Positions 1 through 8,515 of a stretch of 60,816 nt of DNA are shown here, one piece after another. Source of the stretch: a virus (Duplodnaviria; Caudoviricetes). A program made the translations under genes and the position numbers. Numbering within the stretch: the stretch's first letter is position 1; each line of letters begins with the position of its first letter. A model generated the notes under the pieces. That model made no database searches, was not told the DNA's origin, and worked only from the letters and a program-made list of their open reading frames with translations. Where the stretch lies: positions 1-60,816 of the IMG/VR virus record IMGVR_UViG_3300007775_000010. One strand, given 5' to 3'.

Positions 1-90
1 CAGGACGCGCGCGAGGCCCTCGAGGCGATGGCCGAGATGCTGCGCGAGACCGACGAGGCGCACGCCGAACCGGCGATGGGAGGGTACTGA
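1..90 (+). CDS. 3' part of a hypothetical protein that begins at 60628 and wraps across the window ends
   Basis: Frame 1 reads QDAREALEAMAEMLRETDEAHAEPAMGGY*. Its TGA (88-90) overlaps the ATG of the next gene. Confidence 0.75.
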   Translation, partial: QDAREALEAMAEMLRETDEAHAEPAMGGY

Positions 91-335
91 TGGTCTCGCT
101 CAAGATCATTCTGGACGGAGATGGCTCTTTTCCAGAGCTGCAGCAAAAGCGGATCCACACCACCCAGGAAGAGATCACCGTGACCGCGCTCGGTGGCGGC
201 ATGGCCAGCGGAAAGCCGTCGGTGGCGCTCGTGATCCCGCTTCCCGACGGATCTGTCATGTTCGCCGAGACGAGCTTGGCGCTGTTTCTCAGTGCGGCGG
301 AAGTGCTCAAGGCGAAGTGGGGGGATCCCAGATGA
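90..335 (+). CDS. hypothetical phage protein (81 aa)
   Basis: GGAGGG RBS, TGATG coupling, protein-like composition. Confidence 0.75.
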   Translation: MVSLKIILDGDGSFPELQQKRIHTTQEEITVTALGGGMASGKPSVALVIPLPDGSVMFAETSLALFLSAAEVLKAKWGDPR

Positions 336-484
336 GCCCTATCGAGAGCGTCGTCGCAGAAATGAACCGCGCCACCTGGGCGGGCGAGCACAGCCGCGCC
401 GCTGGTCTCTGGTTCGCGCTCGTCAAGCCTGGCTCGTTTCGCGTGGCCACGCGCAGGATCCGCAGGAGGTACGGCCGGTGGTAA
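332..484 (+). CDS. small hypothetical protein (50 aa, MSPIESVVAEMNR...)
   Basis: ATGA overlap with the upstream stop; not in the ORF track, translated by hand. Confidence 0.5.
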   Translation: MSPIESVVAEMNRATWAGEHSRAAGLWFALVKPGSFRVATRRIRRRYGRW

Positions 485-684
485 TCGAACCCGAAGGCCC
501 CCAGGTCCGCAGCACGCTACCCGCGCAACCGTGGACCGCGCGCCTGATCGCGTGGCTCCGTGCGCTCGGGCGAAGGTGCGACCGCTGCGGCCTCCGGGGC
601 GCGGTGCAGTACGGAGAAGAGATGCTCTGCGCCACCTGCAGGCGCGACCACGAGGTCGAGCCGACGAGCGGAGGCGGACGGTGA
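478..684 (+). CDS. small zinc-ribbon protein (CDRC...CATC)
   Basis: GTG start after AGGAGG; two CxxC pairs. Confidence 0.55.
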   Translation: MVIEPEGPQVRSTLPAQPWTARLIAWLRALGRRCDRCGLRGAVQYGEEMLCATCRRDHEVEPTSGGGR

Positions 685-878
685 CTCGCGGCTTCTCGCT
701 CCGCACAAGCGGCCGCACGAACCCGAGCGAAGCGACCCAGCGCCAGGCGGCTACGCTGCGCGCGAAGGCGCGGGAGATTCGGCGCCAGGTCGAGCATCAC
801 GTCGAGGAGGCGCGGCGACTGACCGTGCAAGCCGAGCAGATCGAGCGGAGCGCGCGCGAACTCGACGGAGGCAGCTAG
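681..878 (+). CDS. small coiled-coil hypothetical protein
   Basis: GTGA overlap with the previous gene; helical composition. Confidence 0.55.
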   Translation: MTRGFSLRTSGRTNPSEATQRQAATLRAKAREIRRQVEHHVEEARRLTVQAEQIERSARELDGGS

Positions 879-1093
879 TGGGCCTCGATTGCGCGCTCCG
901 CATCGGTGAGCACCCGGTGCTCAGCATGTCTCGGTGGCTGCGCGTCAACTGCGCCTACGCGAGCGTCACTCTGTACCGCGACCCGAGCGCGAACCTGGCG
1001 GGGCTCCTCGAGCACATGGCGAGCGTCGTCGGCGCTGCGTGTGCGGCTCCCAACAATCTTTCAGCGACCCGCCTTGGTGGCGGGAGCTGTTGA
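878..1093 (+). CDS. small hypothetical protein
   Basis: TAGTG coupling with the previous stop. Confidence 0.4.
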   Translation: MGLDCALRIGEHPVLSMSRWLRVNCAYASVTLYRDPSANLAGLLEHMASVVGAACAAPNNLSATRLGGGSC

Positions 1094-1122
1094 GCAACGA
1101 CAACAGAAAGGGTAGGGGAACA

Positions 1123-2283
1123 ATGGCACAATTCAAGATCCCGTTTGGGAAGGCAAAAGGGCAGACGCTCGACGCGGCGAGCGAGGCGGACATCCGCTGG
1201 GTGGCGGGCAAGATCAAAGAGAAGCTCGACGCGGACCCTAACAAGCCGTACGCGGACAAGGACCGTCGATTCCTCGATGCGGTCAACGCCGAGCTGCAGC
1301 GTCGGCGCAACGGTGGGGGGGCTCCGGCACAGGCGATACAGCGACAGGCGCCCAGCGTCGCGCTAGTCGAATCTTACATCGACCCGGCGAAGGCCACGGC
1401 CGCGCTGCAACAGGCGACGCAGCATTTCCATCTCGTGACGCCTGCCACCTCGGTCGGCAACCTGCCGGACGGGTGCGAGGTCCAGTTGAGCATGGTGCAG
1501 ATCTCTCAGGACGATCCGCATCTCTACACAGTGGGCGACAAGGTCGCCCTCGACAAGTACCACTTGATCGCAATCCTCAACGCGGCCGCGGGCAGCATCG
1601 ACTACCTGCGTCGCGTCGACAACGGGAGTCACCCACACTATTGCGCGTGCGAGGCGCAGGTCAGCTATCGCATGTTCGACGGTTCGCTCATCCGGCGGCC
1701 CGGCAACGCCGAGATGGACGTACGCGCTCCGGATGGCCAGCGCTACGTCGAGATCGTCGAGAAAGCAAAGAACGCGACCCCGCCGCGCGACCCGTCGCGC
1801 CAGTTGCTCGAACTGCGGAAGTTCCTGCTGCCGCAGACCGAGAGCCGCGCGCTCAATCGAGCGATCGCCAACATGGGCGTGCGGCGCTCCTACGAGCGGG
1901 GCGAGCTTTCGAGGCCCTTCATGGTCGCACGAGTCATGTTCACCGGGAGGAGCGAGGATCCCGAGGCCCGTAAGCAGTTCCGCGCCGCGATCGCTCAGAG
2001 CTTCCTCGGAGCGACTGCCGGGATGTACGGTCCGCCGCAGCAGCTCCCGCCGGCAACGACACACACTCCAGCGCCGCCGCTTTCGGCGCCCCCCTTCCGA
2101 GACACCGATGGTTCTGACGAGCCGTACGAGTACGAGTACGACGATCCGGCGCCGGCGACCGCTGCAGCCACTCCAGCGCAGCAGGCTCCGCAGCAGGCTG
2201 CGGCACCCCCCCCGCAGCAACCGCCCGCCGGCGCCGGCGACGCGTGGGAGGGAGATGTCGACGAACAGGGGCGACTGCTGTGA
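1123..2283 (+). CDS. putative DNA single-strand annealing/recombination protein with an N-terminal PFGKxKG domain and a Pro/Gln-rich, acidic tail
   Basis: IPFGKAKGQTL...IRW resembles the DUF3820/ExoX C-terminal motif. SSB-like acidic tail (DAWEGDVDEQGRLL). Lies upstream of the SbcD/SbcC-like genes. Function is inferred from context. Confidence 0.5.
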   Translation: MAQFKIPFGKAKGQTLDAASEADIRWVAGKIKEKLDADPNKPYADKDRRFLDAVNAELQRRRNGGGAPAQAIQRQAPSVALVESYIDPAKATAALQQATQHFHLVTPATSVGNLPDGCEVQLSMVQISQDDPHLYTVGDKVALDKYHLIAILNAAAGSIDYLRRVDNGSHPHYCACEAQVSYRMFDGSLIRRPGNAEMDVRAPDGQRYVEIVEKAKNATPPRDPSRQLLELRKFLLPQTESRALNRAIANMGVRRSYERGELSRPFMVARVMFTGRSEDPEARKQFRAAIAQSFLGATAGMYGPPQQLPPATTHTPAPPLSAPPFRDTDGSDEPYEYEYDDPAPATAAATPAQQAPQQAAAPPPQQPPAGAGDAWEGDVDEQGRLL

Positions 2284-2492
2284 TCCGTGTGCGCTGCAGA
2301 TGGCCCGAGCAGCCGAGCGACGAGGAGCGGTGGCCCAGCATGTTCGCGACGCTGCCGCGCTCGGGTGAGTTCGTCGAGAGCAACACAGGTCGCCGGCTCC
2401 GCGTCGTGCGGGTGACGCACCTCAGCGTGACGCGGTCCACCGAGGCGGGAGAAATGCTCCCGCCGTTCATCGAATTGGAGCTTGGACAATGA
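2280..2492 (+). CDS. hypothetical protein (70 aa)
   Basis: Coupled by GTGA and ATGA overlaps on both sides. Confidence 0.6.
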   Translation: MIRVRCRWPEQPSDEERWPSMFATLPRSGEFVESNTGRRLRVVRVTHLSVTRSTEAGEMLPPFIELELGQ

Positions 2493-3079
2493 AGCGATGC
2501 CCCAAGTGTGGCGTACCGAAGTCGCCTGCAGGATTCTACTCCGACCGCTCCCGCAAGGACGGACTCAGCAACCGTTGCAAGCCATGCGTCCTTGCTGATC
2601 GAGCAGCATACCGGGCCGAGAACCGTGAGCAGCTAAAAGCGCAGGCTCATAGCGATCGGCGACGCACCCCGGAGCGGGGATGTTGGCACATGATGCTAGA
2701 CAGGTGCTACGACGAGAAGAACTCGGCGTTCCACCTGTACGGCGGGCGCGGCATTACAGTCTGCTCTCGCTGGCGCAAAAGCTTCGAGGCTTTTCAGCGG
2801 GACATGGGGCCGCGTCCGTCGCGGCGACACTCCGTCGACCGCATCAACACGGATGGCAACTACGAGCCGGGCAACTGCAGGTGGGCAACGCCGAAGGAGC
2901 AGGCTCGCAACATGCGGTCGAACCGCATCCTAACCGCATTCGGAAAATCACTTTGCGTCGCCGCCTGGGCCGAGGAGACCGGAATCCCTGTCGGGGTCTT
3001 GCGAGACCGCATTGGTAAGCTGGGCTGGGAGACTGAGCGGGCGCTGTCCACTCCGGCACGAAGGAGGGCGGCAGCATGA
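2489..3079 (+). CDS. HNH homing-type endonuclease with an N-terminal zinc finger
   Basis: CPKC...CKPC; YGGRGITVCSRW; SVDRINTDGNYEPGNCRWATPKEQARN. Confidence 0.85.
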   Translation: MKRCPKCGVPKSPAGFYSDRSRKDGLSNRCKPCVLADRAAYRAENREQLKAQAHSDRRRTPERGCWHMMLDRCYDEKNSAFHLYGGRGITVCSRWRKSFEAFQRDMGPRPSRRHSVDRINTDGNYEPGNCRWATPKEQARNMRSNRILTAFGKSLCVAAWAEETGIPVGVLRDRIGKLGWETERALSTPARRRAAA

Positions 3080-4221
3080 GACTCGCGCTCATCTCCGATC
3101 AACACTTCGACGCGTCGTCCCGCTGGGAAGAGATGCTGCGAATCGCGGGCTGGATCGCCGGCGACATTGCCCAGAGGGAGGTTGACCTCGTTGTGCTCGG
3201 CGGGGATCTGTTCGAGCGCCGGCCCGTCCCGCTCGAAACGAAAGCCGCCGCGCAATGGCTCATCTCCCTGGCGGAGACCTCCCCTGTCGTGGGTGTGTAC
3301 GGAAACCACGACGTACCGGAGTCGCTCGCCGTGATGAACCGACTTGAGGCGCGGCACCCTATCACGATCTACGACCGTCCAGCCGTACACTACGCGGCCG
3401 GCGCCGCGATCGCATGCTTGCCGTGGCCTCGCAAGGCCCACCTACTCGCCGCCGTTGGGGCCAACGCGGACGCGGACGCCGTGGCGCACGGCGCTCTGCA
3501 GACGGTGTTGCTCGGGCTCGGCGATGAACTGGAGCGCTTCGAAGGCCCGCGCCTTTTCGTCGGCCACGTGATGATGCGCGGTTCGAAGGTATCCACCGGG
3601 CAGCCGCTCGCACCGGGGGCGGACTTCGAGATTGGTCTCGAAGACCTGGCGCTCGCCCGCGCGTATTTCTACGGGCTCGGTCACATTCACATGGGGCCCG
3701 GTAACGAGTGGAAGGTCGGTGATGCTCCGGCTGTCTTTCCTGGTAGCCCCAGGCGCACCAGCTACGGAGAGACGGAGCCCAAGGGATACGTGATCGCGGA
3801 AGTCGACGAGCACGGTCCCATCGGATGGGAGCGCATCGAAACACCGTGCACCCCGATGTGTCTGCTCGAGTACCATTGGGATGGCGAGGGTTTCTGGGGC
3901 AGCGATGTGCCGGCCGCGTTGGTCGAGCCCGGTGCCGAGGTCCGATATCGATACAGTGTTGCGTCGGAGCACCGGGAGTCAGCGAAGGCCGCCGCGCTGC
4001 AGCTTCGCGATGACCTGATCCGCGATTGCGGGGTCGCTTCGGTCAAGATAGAGGAGAGGGTAACGGCCACCAAACGAGCGCGCGCCCCCGAGCTCGCGCA
4101 GGCGGCGACGCTGCCCGACAAATTGCAGGCGCTGTGGCGCAGTCGCAACGACGTGCCCGACGACGAGCGGGCCGCACGATTGATCGGCAAGGTTCACACA
4201 CTCGAGGAGCAGAATGTCTAG
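3076..4221 (+). CDS. sbcD: SbcD/Mre11-like metallophosphoesterase nuclease
   Basis: Motifs SDQH, GGDLF, GNHD, GH, LGHIH, PGSP. Confidence 0.9.
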   Translation: MRLALISDQHFDASSRWEEMLRIAGWIAGDIAQREVDLVVLGGDLFERRPVPLETKAAAQWLISLAETSPVVGVYGNHDVPESLAVMNRLEARHPITIYDRPAVHYAAGAAIACLPWPRKAHLLAAVGANADADAVAHGALQTVLLGLGDELERFEGPRLFVGHVMMRGSKVSTGQPLAPGADFEIGLEDLALARAYFYGLGHIHMGPGNEWKVGDAPAVFPGSPRRTSYGETEPKGYVIAEVDEHGPIGWERIETPCTPMCLLEYHWDGEGFWGSDVPAALVEPGAEVRYRYSVASEHRESAKAAALQLRDDLIRDCGVASVKIEERVTATKRARAPELAQAATLPDKLQALWRSRNDVPDDERAARLIGKVHTLEEQNV

Positions 4222-4612
4222 AACGACGCACACCTACGCGAAGCTGGAAGTCACCGAGGCGACGTGGCAGGAGATTGCCGACAAGCTGCGGGCCGCGGGA
4301 TACGATCATGCCTTCCACGACGGTGTGATCGACATGCATGGAATCGGGCTGCAGCAGCTCGAGCGCCATCCGGAGCAGCTCTCCGAGGTATCGTACCGAC
4401 TGGGTACCGAGCAGACGCTTCGCAAGCTCGCGAAGCTGGTCGACAACGCGACGCCGCCGGGCCTCGGGTTCGTCCTGGTGCTGGCGACGTTCGGCGAGCC
4501 AGATGAGTCGCACCAGCACATGGCTTACATGTCGAGCATCCAACGCGACACCGCGTCCAGGATGCTGCGCGAGCTCCTCGGTAAGTGGGAGCAGGAAGGC
4601 ACCGTGCGATGA
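4214..4612 (+). CDS. hypothetical protein (132 aa)
   Basis: GAGGAG RBS; overlaps both neighbours. Confidence 0.75.
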   Translation: MSRTTHTYAKLEVTEATWQEIADKLRAAGYDHAFHDGVIDMHGIGLQQLERHPEQLSEVSYRLGTEQTLRKLAKLVDNATPPGLGFVLVLATFGEPDESHQHMAYMSSIQRDTASRMLRELLGKWEQEGTVR

Positions 4613-7053
4613 GACTCGAATCCCTCCGCATCCGTGGTCTCGGTCCCTTCCGCGACGAACAGCAAGTCGACCTCACCCATCTCGGCGACGCCCGCGTGGT
4701 AGCCGTCTGTGGATCCAACGGTGCCGGCAAGAGTACCCTCAACGAGCTGTTTCCCGGAGCGCTCTATCGCCAGTGCCCGACGCGCGGCTCGCTCCAATCG
4801 CTCGCCACCGAGCGCGAGTCTTTCGTCGAGGTCCGGATCGTCAACGGGGCGCCGTACACCGTGCGGCAAACGTGTGACGCCGTGTCCGGCAAAGGCGAGA
4901 GCCTGGTCATGGACGGCGACGGAACGGCTCTCGTTGAAAGCGGGAAACGCAAGGACTTTGACGCCTGGGCGACGAAGCACCTACCGCCGCCCGAGGTGTT
5001 CCTCGCGTCGCAGTTCGCGTCGCAGGGTTCGGGGGGCGTGCTCGCGATGAAGCCTGGCGAAAGAAAAGCCGTCCTGCTTCGCGCCCTGGGCGTAGAGCGA
5101 CTCGAATCCCTCGCCGAACGCGCGCGCACCCGCAAGAGCTCAGCGAGCGCCCAGCTCGACACCCTCGTCGCCCGGCTCAACGACGAGCGCGAGCGGGGAG
5201 GCGACGTCGCCGCTCTCGATGCCGAGCTGCAGGGCGTGCGGTCCTCGCTGCAAGCGGCCGAGCAGGAGCTCGCCGGCGCTCGCCAGGCGCTCGAGGATTC
5301 CCGCGCCGCAAAGGCCGCCTACGACGCCGCTATGGCTGAGCGTGGGCGGGTGGCGGAGCAGCGGGCGCAGATCGGGCGCACCATGGCGACGCTCAAGGAA
5401 AAGAACGCCGACGGCGAGACCCGCATCCGGAACAACCGGGGGCTCGTCGACAGGGCCGCGGAGATTCGGGCGGCGGTCGAGCGAGTCAAGGAGCTCGATG
5501 CGGTGATCGCCGACGCCCAGGTCGCGTATCAGCGGGCAGTTGGCGAGGAGCGGTCCACCCGCGACGCCGTCGAGCGCCTCCGGGCAGAGGCCGCGGCAGC
5601 CCAGAAGCGGGTCACAGACGCGTCAGAGCGCGCTGAGCGGGCCGAGAAGCGCCTCGCCGACCGGGAGCGCATCGATGCCGCGGCGGCGTCCATCGACGGG
5701 CTACGAGAGCAGCTGGCGACCGCGCAGGCCAACGAGAGCGAGGCCGAGAACGTCCTTGAGCAACGGCGGTCGAAGCGTATCGCCGGCGCCGAGGACCGGA
5801 TCGAGGCGCTCCGCGAAGGCCTCACCGAGATCGCCTATCCGACCGACATTGCTCTATTGCAGGACGTAGCGGTCGAGACACTCGCCAAAGACGACGAGGC
5901 GATCGAGCTAGCGCGGACCTTGCCGGGTGACATCGCCGCCGCCGAGCAGGAGCTCAAGGCAGCGCGGGACCGTCGAGCCGTGGCACTGCGCGCGCTCGGT
6001 GACGCCGAGAAACTTGCGGCTCGCGCCGCTGACCTCGAGTCGGCCGAGCAGGAGATCGCCGAGGCTCGACAGGCGGCGCACGATGCGGGGCAGGAGATCG
6101 GTCGCGCGCTCGCTGAGGCCCAGGGACTTTCGCAAGTGGCGGACGGCCACGCTGACGCCGCGCGCAAGCGCATGGCCCAGATCAACGCCGCGGGCGCGGA
6201 GCGCGAGCAGGCGGAGCGCATCGCCAAAGACGCCGAGCCCCTCGCGCGCGCCGAGGCGCGTATCGCCGAGCTCGAGGCACGCGCCACCGAACTACGCGCC
6301 GAGCTCGAGCAGGCGCGAACAGACTTGGCGGCCATGCCGGAACCCTCGGAAGCCCTCCCCGAACCCGCCGGCGTGGCCGCCGCTTTATCTCGCGCCGAGG
6401 GTCTCGAGCGGAGTAATCGCGAGGCACACGCTCGCGTGACCGTGCTCGAGCAAAGCCTCGGAGGCGCCCGCGCCTCCGCTGCTCGCGTCGAGGAGCTCGA
6501 AGGGCAGCGGTCGACGCTCTCCGAGGAGCTCGCCGACTGGACGCGCCTCGCGGCCGACCTGGGGCGGGACGGACTCCAGGCGTTGGAAATAGACTGTGCG
6601 GGTCCAGAGATCAGCGAGACGGCCAACACGTTGCTGCATGGGTGCTTCGGAACTCGGTTCACCGTGAGCCTCGACACGACCAAGCTTTCGGCGGACGGAA
6701 AAAAGCAGCTCGAGGGGTGCGAGATCACGGTGCTCGACACCCTCCGCGGCCGCGAGGGGCCGGCGGAGCGGCTCTCCGGGGGCGAGCGGGTCATCGTGTC
6801 GGAGGCTCTCTCGCTCGCTCTGACCGTCGTCGCGTGCCGGCGTGCCGGTGTCGAGCGTCCCACCCTGGTGCGAGACGAGAGCGGTGCTGCCCTCGACCCC
6901 GAGAACGGGCGCGCCTACGTGACGATGCTGCGGCGGGCGGCCGACATGGTCGGGGCGGATCGCGTGTTGTTCGTCAGTCACTCAGCAGAACTCCAGGAGC
7001 TGGCGGACGCGCGGATCGAGATCGCCGACGGGAAGGTCACGTTGACTCAATGA
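4609..7053 (+). CDS. sbcC: SbcC/Rad50-like SMC ATPase
   Basis: Walker A GSNGAGKST, Q-loop ASQG, long coiled coil, signature LSGGE, Walker B/D-loop LVRDESGAALD, H-loop VSH. Confidence 0.92.
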   Translation: MRLESLRIRGLGPFRDEQQVDLTHLGDARVVAVCGSNGAGKSTLNELFPGALYRQCPTRGSLQSLATERESFVEVRIVNGAPYTVRQTCDAVSGKGESLVMDGDGTALVESGKRKDFDAWATKHLPPPEVFLASQFASQGSGGVLAMKPGERKAVLLRALGVERLESLAERARTRKSSASAQLDTLVARLNDERERGGDVAALDAELQGVRSSLQAAEQELAGARQALEDSRAAKAAYDAAMAERGRVAEQRAQIGRTMATLKEKNADGETRIRNNRGLVDRAAEIRAAVERVKELDAVIADAQVAYQRAVGEERSTRDAVERLRAEAAAAQKRVTDASERAERAEKRLADRERIDAAAASIDGLREQLATAQANESEAENVLEQRRSKRIAGAEDRIEALREGLTEIAYPTDIALLQDVAVETLAKDDEAIELARTLPGDIAAAEQELKAARDRRAVALRALGDAEKLAARAADLESAEQEIAEARQAAHDAGQEIGRALAEAQGLSQVADGHADAARKRMAQINAAGAEREQAERIAKDAEPLARAEARIAELEARATELRAELEQARTDLAAMPEPSEALPEPAGVAAALSRAEGLERSNREAHARVTVLEQSLGGARASAARVEELEGQRSTLSEELADWTRLAADLGRDGLQALEIDCAGPEISETANTLLHGCFGTRFTVSLDTTKLSADGKKQLEGCEITVLDTLRGREGPAERLSGGERVIVSEALSLALTVVACRRAGVERPTLVRDESGAALDPENGRAYVTMLRRAADMVGADRVLFVSHSAELQELADARIEIADGKVTLTQ

Positions 7054-7268
7054 CCCCCGATCACCATCGCCTGCTGCGCTACGTCGCCCGCTACCGCCTC
7101 GCCTACGGCCGCGGGCCTACTCAACGGGAGATCGCTGCGCATCTGGGCTGCACCAGACAGCGAGTCCAGGGGCTCGTCGCGACGATGCGTAACCGCGGTC
7201 TCGTCCGGAGCCGGTGGCGCGGACAGCGGAGCGTGGAGATTGTGGGCGGGGAAACGATGGTGCAGTGA
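7050..7268 (+). CDS. LexA-type winged-helix DNA-binding protein without a peptidase domain
   Basis: LLRYVARYRLAYGRGPTQREIAAHLG...GLVRS...RSVEI matches the LexA N-terminal pattern. Confidence 0.75.
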   Translation: MTPDHHRLLRYVARYRLAYGRGPTQREIAAHLGCTRQRVQGLVATMRNRGLVRSRWRGQRSVEIVGGETMVQ

Positions 7269-7558
7269 CGATAACCCGAGCCTACAAGACAGAGCTGCGT
7301 CCCACGACCGAGCAGCGCGAGTCGCTCGCGAAGCACGTGCGGGCACAGCGTGTCGCCCACAATTGGGCGATCCAGCGCTGGCACGAGCTCGCCGGAGCAC
7401 GCGCGTTCTGCGACCACTCGACCGACTTCGCCGGCGCCGCGGGGCTGTACGCGCGGCTCCAGCGCTCCGCGACGCCTGGCCGCCCCGCGCTGTGGGTCGC
7501 GGCCTGGGCGCACGAGAGCGGCGCCGAGTGGGCCGCGCTGCTGGTCGACCGACCATAG
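7265..7558 (+). CDS. truncated IS605/TnpB N-terminal (HTH_OrfB_IS605-like) protein
   Basis: RAYKTELRPTTEQRESLAKHVRAQRVAHNWAI; no RuvC or zinc finger follows. Confidence 0.65.
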   Translation: MTITRAYKTELRPTTEQRESLAKHVRAQRVAHNWAIQRWHELAGARAFCDHSTDFAGAAGLYARLQRSATPGRPALWVAAWAHESGAEWAALLVDRP

Positions 7559-7577
7559 CTCGCCACCGCCGCGCCCT

Positions 7578-7611
7578 CTCACCAGCCCCGGTCGACGAAT
7601 TTGGGGGTGAG
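7578..7611. terminator. possible bidirectional terminator hairpin between the converging early and lysis operons
   Basis: Imperfect inverted repeat CTCACC(AG)CCCC...GGGGGTGAG in the convergent gap; no clear U-tract. Confidence 0.3.
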
Positions 7612-7624
7612 TTCGGTCAGGCGG

Positions 7625-7912
7625 TTAGGCATTGGTGACCTCCCCACCGCGCACAAACCCGTGCCAGCACCGCGCGTTGATCGACGGCGCCAGCGTGAGG
7701 TCCGCGTACCCGGTCCCGCTGACGGCCCAGCGTGCTGCCGGCTTGTTCGACGCAGGCACGCCGCGATCACGGAACCACACAAGCAGCGTGTGGGCGCGGC
7801 AACTGGGACATGTGAAATAGATCCCCTGCGCCTGGTCGAGACTCTGGACGTCCTGCCATCCGTCTCCGTAAGCGACAGCGAACTGCGGCTCGAGTTCCGC
7901 GAGCTTGGTCAT
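7625..7912 (-). CDS. DUF6527-like small metal-binding protein
   Basis: FTCPSC...W...LTLAPSI...CWHGFVRGG. Confidence 0.65.
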   Translation of the reverse strand: MTKLAELEPQFAVAYGDGWQDVQSLDQAQGIYFTCPSCRAHTLLVWFRDRGVPASNKPAARWAVSGTGYADLTLAPSINARCWHGFVRGGEVTNA

Positions 7913-8003
7913 GGCTTCGGCGGCTCGCTATCGATCCGCTCAAGCTCGGCGGAGTTCTCCTGTGCCTTGATCTCGCAGACCTCGGTGTCGTCGTCCCAGT
8001 CGT

Positions 8004-8228
8004 CTAGCTCGATGTCGGCGGCGGATCCGAATTCTCTCCGCGCCTCCTCCCGAGCAATCGCAGGAAGCGATCGGAGTCCCTCGCTCGCGCCTTCACTTCG
8101 TCCGACCAGCGCTCGCGCCATTTGGCCGAGTCGCGCCAGAGGACGCCAACCGCGAGCAGCAGCAGGCCGCCCAGAGACGTTCCCACCGTGATCGCTGTCT
8201 CGAGTGGGATCATTGTCGGTTCGTTCAC
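8004..8228 (-). CDS. single-TM membrane protein of the lysis region (holin/antiholin/spanin-like)
   Basis: TM segment ITVGTSLGGLLLLAVGVLW followed by a charged tail; overlaps an alternative ORF at 7909-8235. Confidence 0.5.
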   Translation of the reverse strand: MNEPTMIPLETAITVGTSLGGLLLLAVGVLWRDSAKWRERWSDEVKARARDSDRFLRLLGRRRGENSDPPPTSS

Positions 8229-8245
8229 TGGACACCTTGCCCTCC

Positions 8246-8515
8246 CTATTCGGCCGCGCCGTTCGAAGCGCCGACGCCTTCAAGCGCCTCGAGCCTCTTC
8301 TCGATCGCGCCGATGCGCCGATCCTGATGGTCCCGTCTGCTAGCCTCACGCTGGTAGTACTCGGTCATACGCGTGTACAACGACTGCACCGCCTCGGGCA
8401 CGCGCTCCAGTCGAGCCAACCGCTCGGCGACATCCTCGAGCAGGTGGAATACGTCCGACATGCTCGGGGGCGCGGGGCGGTCTGTTTCGGTCTTGGTGTC
8501 GTGGTCGTCGCTCAC
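8246..8515 (-). CDS. coiled-coil hypothetical protein of the lysis region
   Basis: GGAGG RBS, GTGA coupling, heptad pattern. Confidence 0.7.
   Translation of the reverse strand: MSDDHDTKTETDRPAPPSMSDVFHLLEDVAERLARLERVPEAVQSLYTRMTEYYQREASRRDHQDRRIGAIEKRLEALEGVGASNGAAE

Noticed and set aside
934-1122. N-terminal extensions given by the ORF track (e.g. starts at 934, 4585, 22594, 27368, 34499, 49565)
   Set aside because: Downstream starts have RBSs or stop-start coupling and match domain boundaries; the extensions overlap other genes
7265-7620. Intact IS200/IS605 element or TnpB-omegaRNA system
   Set aside because: Only the N-terminal ~40 aa resemble TnpB; no RuvC or TnpA, and only ~65 bp separate it from the next convergent gene
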